Shown one piece after another: positions 1 to 9,980 of a stretch of DNA of 36,767 nt. The translations under genes were made by a program, and so were the position numbers. The stretch's first letter is position 1. Each line of letters begins with the position of its first letter. The notes beneath the pieces are model-generated. The model did no database searches. It was not told the DNA's origin and worked only from the letters and a program-made list of their open reading frames with translations. Origin of the DNA: Candidatus Sifarchaeum subterraneum (lineage in GTDB: Archaea; Asgardarchaeota; Sifarchaeia; Sifarchaeales; Sifarchaeaceae); contig JAECRX010000053.1 of assembly GCA_016292335.1 (NCBI GenBank), forward strand, positions 1 to 36,767, given 5' to 3'.

Positions 1-2630
<2,630 letters not shown>

Positions 2631-3140
2631 GGCTATCCCAGGTCGGGCACTGTTCGCTTGGGAAATTCATGCATAGTTGTCTTGAAAGGAATTTTACCAC
2701 CATACCCCTATCGTCCATCTCTTAAACAGTTCAGATATGTTTTGACCCACGGCGCCTTACCACGGGTATTTAATAAAAGCGGAACGGCCTACTTTTAAAA
2801 TCAAATCTTATACACCCAAGATGGAGAACCATCTAATAAACAAAAAAACATAAAAACAAATACTTTTCTAAACTCAATTTAAATGTGAGTTTAAATCGAG
2901 TTTAAACACGGTGAATCGGATAAACCCCTTAAGCCATTCAATAAGCGTTTAAAACCGTCTTAAGTCCACTTCTCCAAATGGTTTAAAGCTTATCTTCTGC
3001 AGTAGATTGTTGAACAAAAATTAAATAAGTAAGTTTTTTCAAACTGTGCTTTCTCGTGATTATTTGACGAACTCACAAGATGCAAAACTGGATGCCCAAA
3101 AAAGAAGACTTTATGAGTAAATATGAATTGGTGATCTGAA

Positions 3141-3968
3141 TTGGATCTAAAAGACTTATTTTTCAAAATTTCAAAAATCATGGAGAACACAAGGAAACTA
3201 TTAAATGAATTAGACGAAGAAAATTCATCGATAGGTGAAATAATCGGATATAACATTAAAGGGGATGAAACAAGGACGTTCGACACTTTAGCCGAAAATA
3301 ATTTGATAGATGGAATAAAAAGAATTTGCGAGGAGGAAGGAGTAAAAGCTACAATTATGGCTGAAGAAGGAGGAGTAGAAAAAGAAGGAGAGGATTACTA
3401 TTTCATTATCGACCCAGTGGATGGGTCAACAAATTTTGCCAGAGATATTGGCTTAAGTTCAATCTCGATTGCAGTAGCAAGTAAACCTTACTTCGAAAAT
3501 GTTGAAATGGGAATTGTAAAAGATATTGTATCCGGTAAAACATGGAGTGCAATTAGGGGGAGAGGATCATTCCTAGATGGGAAGAAAATCTCTCCATCAA
3601 AAGTTAAAATCCTAGAAGAAGCTATTATCGGCGTAGATCTTGATTTTACGCAAAAAAAAGATCTAAAAATTGTTTATCCACTTCTTTTAAGTGTAAAGAA
3701 GATTAGAAAAATTGGGACTGACGCTTTGGAATTGTCATATGTTGCCTCAGGTGGATATGATGCCTTTGTTGATGTTCGAAGAGTATTAACACCAGAAAGT
3801 TTCGCTGCAGGAAAATTAATTATAGAAGAAGCAGGAGGAATTGTTTCCGATATTTTTGGTAGAGAAATCACGGGAAGAATTTCTTTGACGCAAGCGTGGA
3901 CAGTTGTAGCATCTGGAAATGAACTTCTTCACAAAAAAGTTTTAGAAAAATTAGCGGAGGAAACTTAA
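3141..3968 (+). CDS. Inositol monophosphatase / FBPase / CysQ-family phosphatase
   Basis: Family motifs FIIDPVDGSTNF and GTDALELSYVASGGYDAFV (WD-x-AAG-like region). TTG start at 3141; an in-frame ATG at 3180 is an alternative. Confidence 0.8.
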   Translation: MDLKDLFFKISKIMENTRKLLNELDEENSSIGEIIGYNIKGDETRTFDTLAENNLIDGIKRICEEEGVKATIMAEEGGVEKEGEDYYFIIDPVDGSTNFARDIGLSSISIAVASKPYFENVEMGIVKDIVSGKTWSAIRGRGSFLDGKKISPSKVKILEEAIIGVDLDFTQKKDLKIVYPLLLSVKKIRKIGTDALELSYVASGGYDAFVDVRRVLTPESFAAGKLIIEEAGGIVSDIFGREITGRISLTQAWTVVASGNELLHKKVLEKLAEET

Positions 3969-4526
3969 GTCAAATACAAAATACTCAATCATTTTTTTCA
4001 AGATGATCTTAGCACAGTCTTCAGCGGATAATTCATCCGATTTAACAACAACTTCTGGTTTTAGAGGTTTCTCGTAAGGTACACTCCACCCAGGTACTGG
4101 CCATCCCTCCAATGCTTTTTTGTAAATATCTTTTGGAGCAAGAATAGTATTTTCTCTTTTCGCTTCTCTTTCAATGCAAACATCAATTGGACAATCAATA
4201 AAAACTTCCATGAACTTATCGATTTTTTCTCTTGCCCAGTTCCTATATTTTCTCCGATTAGCTGTGGCATCGAAAATGACGTTTATATCATTTTGAACTA
4301 AAAGTTTTCCTATAAAAACAAAAACACCATAAACTTTACTCCTTTCTTCTTCAGAATAAGTAGGTTTAGGGGTCATAATTTTCCTAAGTTCATCTGTCCT
4401 TAATATCTGCACTTTTAGACGATTATTATATTCCTGAAGCTTTTTTAGAAGAGCATTGGCTATCGTTGATTTTCCCGATCCAGGGAGTCCTGTGATCCAA
4501 ATTGCCCAACCTTTATTCAGCTCCAT
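3951..4526 (-). CDS. P-loop kinase, adenylylsulfate (APS) kinase-like
   Basis: Walker A ITGLPGSGKSTIANAL close to the N-terminus, and ~190 aa, consistent with CysC-like small kinases. ATG at 4526 (MELNKGW...) preferred over the TTG at 4541. The 3' end overlaps the convergent phosphatase gene by 18 nt. Confidence 0.55.
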   Translation of the reverse strand: MELNKGWAIWITGLPGSGKSTIANALLKKLQEYNNRLKVQILRTDELRKIMTPKPTYSEEERSKVYGVFVFIGKLLVQNDINVIFDATANRRKYRNWAREKIDKFMEVFIDCPIDVCIEREAKRENTILAPKDIYKKALEGWPVPGWSVPYEKPLKPEVVVKSDELSAEDCAKIILKKMIEYFVFDLSFLR

Positions 4527-4574
4527 AAGTGTACAACTCAAGAAAGACTCAAATCTGTTAAAAAAAAAAACTTT

Positions 4575-5111
4575 TTAATCTTCTTTCTTCTCTTCATGTT
4601 CTTCATTGTCAATAACGACAACAGCTGGAACAATCAAATATGTGGGTGCTGAATCATCAATAATATCAACATTGTAACTGTCTGCAACTGAAACATATTT
4701 TTTGTGGATTTTAGCAACTTTTTTCCTTTTAGCCTTTATATCATAAGTTCTATTTAAGAAGTTTCCATCACATTCTGCAATTTTCTTATTTTTCTTATCT
4801 CGGATCACATATTCTTCCCCGAATCCGAATTTAATCAATTTTTTACTTATTACTCCCACTTTTTTTCCTTTTTCATCCTTAATTGTATATGTTGGTGTAA
4901 GAGAGATTATCTTTTTTTCGATTTTTCCTATATCGCCTTCATCTTTAGATTTTATAGTATACCTTGTCCCTATCGTAAGATGTTTTACGTTAATTGACCC
5001 TAGTTTTTTATTTTTTTCATCAAAGATTTCGTATACGTTTCCCCAGCTAACCAATTTTTCTCTGATAGTATATTTAGTGTGTTGGAATATGGGAAGTGAC
5101 TCAAAACTCAT
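4575..5111 (-). CDS. LURP-one-related / DUF567 (tubby C-terminal-like fold) protein
   Basis: Repeated beta-hairpin-like pattern (TIKSKDEGDIGKIEKK / TIKDEKGKKVGVISKK / VIRDKKNKKIAECDG / YDIKAKRKKVAKIHKK) and the C-terminal ...SYNVDIIDDSAPTYLIVPAVVVID resemble the YxjI/LURP1 family. ATG 5111 is preceded by GAGAGGTG. Confidence 0.5.
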   Translation of the reverse strand: MSFESLPIFQHTKYTIREKLVSWGNVYEIFDEKNKKLGSINVKHLTIGTRYTIKSKDEGDIGKIEKKIISLTPTYTIKDEKGKKVGVISKKLIKFGFGEEYVIRDKKNKKIAECDGNFLNRTYDIKAKRKKVAKIHKKYVSVADSYNVDIIDDSAPTYLIVPAVVVIDNEEHEEKKED

Positions 5112-5140
5112 AAACAACACCTCTCTTTTCAACTATATAA

Positions 5141-5181
5141 CTGCAAGGAGACCCTGCCTTTCGGCAGGGGAGGAATTGCAG
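5141..5181 (-). promoter_or_regulatory. GC-rich 41-nt hairpin in the putative 5' leader of the LURP-like gene
   Basis: CTGCAA/TTGCAG outer stem and CCCTGCC/GGCAGGG inner stem. On the minus strand the loop reads GAAA (GNRA). The two stems are separated by a purine/pyrimidine internal loop. The hairpin lies 30 nt upstream of ATG 5111. Confidence 0.3.
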
Positions 5182-5436
5182 TTCTTCGATTACCTCTTCT
5201 AAATCCTTATGCCACAAACTACTAATAAACATTATTTAAAATCAATTTCAAGATGATCTTCTTATTATTAATACATAATTTTTCAAGATTTGAGAGTATT
5301 TATTTTAAAGAGTGGTAGAGGATGAATGACTGCTTGAAATAGTTTGAAAAACAGCTAAACCATATTTCTAAAGAGTAAATACGCAAGAAAAGTGATTAGG
5401 TATCTTTTTTCTAATATGGATTATGATTCACTCTTC

Positions 5437-6120
5437 TTACCTTACTGATTTCCCTAATACGCCTAATCTCGTTCTAAGCATGAAATTCCTTACTATAATT
5501 GGTTTAAGGCCTGCTTTTGCACATAGATTAATTAGTTCTTTGTTAGAAATTGCTTCTTCCCAAGGCCAATCCCATTTGTCTACATTTTGAAGTATTCTCC
5601 TTCCCATCCAGTATGCGAATGAATCTTTAGGTACTATGATTAGGGTATGTCCTCCATCGCGAAGAAGATTTGCATGTACCTCAACGATTTTTTGTCTTTC
5701 AGGATACTTGAAGTGCTCAATTAATCCTTCAGAATGAACAAAATCAAATTGACTGTCTAGACTCAATTCAAATATGTCTTCACAGATAAAATTAGCATCT
5801 ACATTCATTTTTTTAGCGAAATATTTTGAAATTTTAAGTGCTTTTTGAGAAAGATCAATTAACGTTAGATTCACGTTTAATTCTTTTGCTAAGAGTATTG
5901 ACAAAAGCCCTGTACCACAACCCAGTTCAGCGATTTTAAGTTTACTATATTCTTTATTTTTTGAATTTGAAAAGAGATTTATCTGCGATAAAATTTTTGT
6001 ATATTCTCTGAAAAGCCATCTTCTATAAATTCTTTCAATGATGTTTAACTCAAACTTATGCCAGATATTCTCCCATGTTTGCTTATATTCTTCTTGATAT
6101 CCCTTTGATTTTATTTTCAA
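5437..6120 (-). CDS. Class I SAM-dependent methyltransferase
   Basis: Motif I ELGCGTGLLSILLA followed by acidic motif II LIDLS; Methyltransf_11/25-like length. Start is a TTG (no in-frame ATG nearby). Confidence 0.8.
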   Translation of the reverse strand: MKIKSKGYQEEYKQTWENIWHKFELNIIERIYRRWLFREYTKILSQINLFSNSKNKEYSKLKIAELGCGTGLLSILLAKELNVNLTLIDLSQKALKISKYFAKKMNVDANFICEDIFELSLDSQFDFVHSEGLIEHFKYPERQKIVEVHANLLRDGGHTLIIVPKDSFAYWMGRRILQNVDKWDWPWEEAISNKELINLCAKAGLKPIIVRNFMLRTRLGVLGKSVR

Positions 6121-6269
6121 AGCACATCCATCTGTTTTTTTTATCAGTCAAGTTCTAGAGACTTTACAGAAATCGAGCTGGAATACTCTCGTCTTCGGGT
6201 AGGAGGTGGATCGCGTTTTAACCACGATATAAAGGCTTTTCCGAAAATCCTATCTTTAGTTCGCACACT

Positions 6270-6735
6270 CGACAAAGTTACATGAAAACATGGAAGACAA
6301 TAAATGTATGTGTTCCCCTATACCAAACTCTAAATTTCTGCTCAACACGACAGAACCGCTTTTTGGGGAAGCTGATGCTCCTTTCGCAATATTTTAATAG
6401 GAAATAGCTCGGGAAATTTTTTGGGGCGATGTTAGATGATCCTTCTCGAACTACCACTTAACTTCCAATGGGATGAACACATCTTATTAATCTTTCCATC
6501 CATACGCTTGCTCTACTCTCCTTAGAGGATTATTGTTAATCTCTGCTTTACACGGTATCTCCCATCTCAACAATCTGGAGGTTTTTCGACACCACAGCTA
6601 CGTTCCTCGGAGCGTTCTATCCTCTCGTTGACGCAAAAAAGCCACCACTGGCCACCCTCCGCTGGATCACCACTTTCAATTACGCTTTCTCATCTGGCAT
6701 AAGTTTTTCGGCAAGGTGGGCTAAGTGAAATATTT
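6270..6735 (-). pseudogene. tnpB: Decayed IS200/IS605-family tnpB (C-terminal RuvC/zinc-finger part), with multiple in-frame stops
   Basis: A single minus-strand frame reads LAHLAEKL...*...NVAVVSKNLQIVEM...*..SKESRASVWMERLIR...GS*VVV...NFPSYFLLKYCERS...KKRFCRVEQKF. These occur in the same order as the TnpB motifs LARLHxKI / iaiEDLnvkgM / isDAgWgxF / G..vv.vdp / yTSqxCSxCG / R.f.C..CG. Six in-frame stops. The block is GC-elevated and otherwise ORF-free. Confidence 0.45.
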
Positions 6736-6803
6736 GGTACAGGAGGGTTGACCAAAAAGGGGGAATTTAAATATATATTGGAAAATATGGCTCGGGATCT
6801 TAA

Positions 6804-7232
6804 ATGGCAAAATTTGATGAAACAATTTTAATGAAAAATTATGAGACACCTAGTAGCAAATCACAGTTAAAACAGATTTTGAAGAACTTTATTGGCCGAT
6901 CGGGGGCTATTGGATCAATCATCATCGAAAAAAGTTCTGGTCTTACAGTAGAAAGTTTCCTACCAAGTGATATCGACGAGGATGTAGTTTCAGCTATGGG
7001 TTCAGCAATGCTTTCCATGAGTTTTCGGTCTATTAATGAATTGGAGCAAGGAAATTTTCAACATGTTCTAACGGAAGGAAGCAAAGGTTATACATGTATT
7101 TTTAATATCAATGATGAAACCCTATTACTCGTTTTGTGCAACAAAATGACAAAACTCGGACTTATACTCTTGGAAGGAAAAAGATCTATCCAAGAAATAA
7201 GAAATATTATGGAAAAAGAGGAATTTATCTAA
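6804..7232 (+). CDS. Roadblock/LC7 (MglB-like) domain protein
   Basis: 142 aa. The core GAIGSIIIEKSSGLTVESFLPSDIDEDVVSAMGSAMLSMSFRSINELEQGNFQHVLTEGSKGYTCIFNINDETLLLVL matches the Robl_LC7 alpha-beta-alpha pattern. Confidence 0.75.
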   Translation: MAKFDETILMKNYETPSSKSQLKQILKNFIGRSGAIGSIIIEKSSGLTVESFLPSDIDEDVVSAMGSAMLSMSFRSINELEQGNFQHVLTEGSKGYTCIFNINDETLLLVLCNKMTKLGLILLEGKRSIQEIRNIMEKEEFI

Positions 7233-7361
7233 TCTCTTTCTTCAAAATTGGATTTAACCTTATATTCTCAGATACAGTTCAGATACCTTATGCTTTCCTA
7301 AAATAATCACTTTAAATCAATTTGGGACTTTCTCATATTCTACCAAAGGTGTATGGAAGTG

Positions 7362-7440
7362 GAACGGTAAAACACATGGCTGAAACACGCGGTTCATTCC
7401 ACCAACAAGTCGATGTGTCTTCTCACTTGATATTTATAAA
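7362..7440. repeat. Copy A of a 79-nt intergenic element ending in GATATTTATAAA
   Basis: Ungapped alignment to 24811-24889 gives 61/79 identical positions (counted by hand). It ends in the palindromic TATA-like TTTATAAA. Confidence 0.65.
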
Positions 7441-7514
7441 AAAAGAGGGGTTTAAATCTCAAACTTTTGAAACTGATTTTTGAAATCCAGAGATATTTGG
7501 TGAGAGAGGTCTAA

Positions 7515-7907
7515 ATGCTGTATCCAAAAGACATTGATATCGATTTATTGATCATGATAGTTGGAAAATTTCTAAAGAAAAAGGAAAAAAATTTTTTCGT
7601 TGATACCTCAATCCTTTTCAAAAAATTTCTTGAGATATTTTTGATACATTTTCCAGAGAAACTGCATCTTGTTGAGGAGATTTATTCATTTATCATTGAG
7701 AATATGGAAAAACACAATTTGTTTATTTATCGAAATTCACGCGAATTCGACGTGAGATATTTTGTTGTAAAAAGATACAGACAGTCAAAAAGTAGTTTCA
7801 CGATAAATGAATTATTAGGCAATTTAATCGAATATTTTGAACGCTATCATGCGGCTAGTCAATTTAAATTGCTAAAAAATGAGATTAGTAAACAAGCTGG
7901 CATCTAA
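7515..7907 (+). CDS. Hypothetical protein (130 aa), no recognisable domain
   Basis: ATG preceded by GAGAGG; uninterrupted ORF in host-like AT-rich codon usage; no family recognised. Confidence 0.5.
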   Translation: MLYPKDIDIDLLIMIVGKFLKKKEKNFFVDTSILFKKFLEIFLIHFPEKLHLVEEIYSFIIENMEKHNLFIYRNSREFDVRYFVVKRYRQSKSSFTINELLGNLIEYFERYHAASQFKLLKNEISKQAGI

Positions 7908-7998
7908 CAGCATCTATTTCCTGCATATAACTTTTTCCTTGGAAAAAGAGCCTTCATCTTTATTATTTTCTCGGGTGTTCCTGAAGTTTCACACATTC

Positions 7999-9318
7999 TC
8001 AATTAGAGGAATTTTGGGATATTTGAGGATAGATTACACTTTTGATTAGGTTTTTGGAGTAATCTCTTATTGCTTGTGATTTATCTTCAGGAACATTGGG
8101 AACCTTTTCCTCTTCTAACATGGCTAAGATGTCTTCAAGGAAGGTTTCTGGAGTTTTATCGCTCTCTATATTGAACCTCTGGTACATTTCGAATAAAAGT
8201 TCAGCTCCTACTTCTTCAAGCTTTACTTTTTTTCCCTTTTCCTCACGTTCTTTTTTCTTTATGAGGGATCTGAATGTTTTTTGAATACTGTTATCAAGAA
8301 AATCTTCCTTATCTTCAATTCTCCTTCGTGAGAGCCGAATATCTCTTTCCAAAAAATCAATTGGATCAACAAGAATTGGACCAACCATTCCGAATCGAGG
8401 AATAGGAACATGTGTAATGACATATTTTGATTCATCAAATGCGGGATGTGTTGGTCTCGGCGACAACTCGATTAAAATATTGGCGAGCGCATTTATAGAA
8501 ATAGTCTCAAATGTCTTAGCTATTTCCTTTTTATGCTCTAAGACCTGTTTATAAATTTTTTTTGTGAATGGTGACTCATTCTCGAACTTTTTCAAAAATG
8601 AAAGGACATTTGATAACCAATTACTTAGTTGATGCTTTCCTTCTTTCAGAGCGTTATGCCCGGCTCCTATAGGTTTATTAAGTAGTGAAGAAGCCAATCT
8701 TGCACCGGTTTCAGTTACAGAACATCTTGGATGGTCCGATATATATTTAGACATTAAAGGAAGTAAAAATCCCTCAACAATTCTTTGTCGTTCATTGATC
8801 ACGTCAATTATCTTCTCTACAGATTTTTCGCCGAGGGCTGCTGTTTCAAGATTCGAAAGCTCGATAATTTTTTCTTCGAGGTGCTTCACAAAGGTGGTTC
8901 TGAGATATTCAATCCACTTTCCTTCATCAATCGCGAAATTTAGCATATGCGAATAAGTTTGAGGAATTAGCTGTCCAATCGCTTTTCTCCGATCATATTC
9001 AATCGTAAGTTCTTTACATGCATCTTTGGCGTCGAGAACACCATCCATTTCGATTTGATATGATGTTTTTGCAAATTCAAATGGACAGTCAATTTCCTTT
9101 GATAAAGAGAGGGCTAAATGATCTGGAACTCTCTCAACTTTCGTCTCGAAATCTCCATAAACCGCTTTGAATTCTTCAGCGATCATTTTTTGGGTAATCC
9201 ATTCAGCGGCGTCATCTTTCCGTTTTAGCAGACGTTCTTGGTCCTTAAGGTCGAACTTTTCATTTTCTATATTATGGTTTTTTTTTCTTGATCTGTTCTT
9301 TTTGTTGGAGTATTGCAT
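7999..9318 (-). CDS. Hypothetical protein (439 aa), highly charged and helical, no recognisable domain
   Basis: Long ORF with ATG preceded by GAGGGAG. K/R-rich N-terminus (KKNRSRKKNHN) and a K/E-rich segment near the C-terminus. No P-loop, no TM segment, no motif I can name. Confidence 0.7.
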   Translation of the reverse strand: MQYSNKKNRSRKKNHNIENEKFDLKDQERLLKRKDDAAEWITQKMIAEEFKAVYGDFETKVERVPDHLALSLSKEIDCPFEFAKTSYQIEMDGVLDAKDACKELTIEYDRRKAIGQLIPQTYSHMLNFAIDEGKWIEYLRTTFVKHLEEKIIELSNLETAALGEKSVEKIIDVINERQRIVEGFLLPLMSKYISDHPRCSVTETGARLASSLLNKPIGAGHNALKEGKHQLSNWLSNVLSFLKKFENESPFTKKIYKQVLEHKKEIAKTFETISINALANILIELSPRPTHPAFDESKYVITHVPIPRFGMVGPILVDPIDFLERDIRLSRRRIEDKEDFLDNSIQKTFRSLIKKKEREEKGKKVKLEEVGAELLFEMYQRFNIESDKTPETFLEDILAMLEEEKVPNVPEDKSQAIRDYSKNLIKSVIYPQISQNSSN

Positions 9319-9457
9319 GTTCTAGCTCCCTCGAAACTAAAAAACAAGAGGTCTGTATAAAACATGAAAAATATGTTATAAAAAACTTCTCATAAAATCG
9401 AACCTGTCTGGTAATTCAAAGGTATAGAAAGCAAAATATGTAAGGGCAACCTTGTAA

Positions 9458-9880
9458 ATGGAACATATGAAAGAAAGAATTCTCATATACAAGAAACCCG
9501 TGCCCTTAAAGCATACTATTCGTTTGCTGGTGACTATAAAGATTTTGTTGTTTTCCTTTTTCGACACTCCCTTTTTCGCTTATGTCAAGAATCCAAAGAA
9601 TCTGGAAGCAACCCCTGAACTGGAAGCCATCTGCCAAATGGTGGTAAATGAAAAGGTGGCCTATTTATTCGGGCAGTTTTTAGGACATAAAAAGGAAGAA
9701 CTGAGAGATTCCAGCAAGAAGAAATCCAAGAGTTCTCGTGGTCCTGTATCAAAACGGAAAGCACCCTTTTATGATGCCGTTCATGACATATTGGAGAAGA
9801 AAACCCTTTCTGAATACCTTTCACTAGCAGAACTCGTCTTTGAAGAACTGGGAATTCCATTTAGTTTACAATATATGTAA
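9458..9880 (+). CDS. Hypothetical small protein; start uncertain (internal ATG at 9638 would give 80 aa)
   Basis: ORF only. The C-terminal half (MVVNEKVAYLFGQFLGHKKEELRDSSKKKSK...FYDAVHDILEKKTLSEYLSLAELVFEELGIPF) looks protein-like and sits in a locally GC-elevated stretch (~9590-9860). An antisense ORF of similar size also exists. Confidence 0.35.
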   Translation: MEHMKERILIYKKPVPLKHTIRLLVTIKILLFSFFDTPFFAYVKNPKNLEATPELEAICQMVVNEKVAYLFGQFLGHKKEELRDSSKKKSKSSRGPVSKRKAPFYDAVHDILEKKTLSEYLSLAELVFEELGIPFSLQYM

Positions 9881-9980
9881 GGTTAATATATATATCAAGA
9901 AGGTAGCTTAATTATCGACTACAGAATGAAATTTCAAATGAAGGTTTGTAAATGATTTTTACTAAGAAGGTGGTCCATTT

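Noticed and set aside
2640-3140. Looked for a 5S rRNA or tRNA downstream of the 23S gene
   Set aside because: No 5S-like sequence or cloverleaf was found. The region is AT-rich apart from a short probable processing-stem remnant. The short repeats present (GAGTTTAAA x2 at 2887-2906; TAAACTCA/TGAGTTTA) are too small to call.
6121-6790. RNase P RNA or SRP RNA as an explanation for the long ORF-free GC-elevated block
   Set aside because: I could not find GGAAAGTCC (P4), an ACAGAAnnnGGCTTA-type CR-V in proper context, or the SRP helix-8 GGAAGG/GCA motifs on either strand. The decayed tnpB reading explains the block better.
6790-6800. 10-mer CTCGGGATCT shared between the Roadblock upstream region and ~26706-26716 upstream of top6B
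   Set aside because: Many identical 10-mer pairs are expected by chance in a 36.8-kb window, and the flanks do not align.
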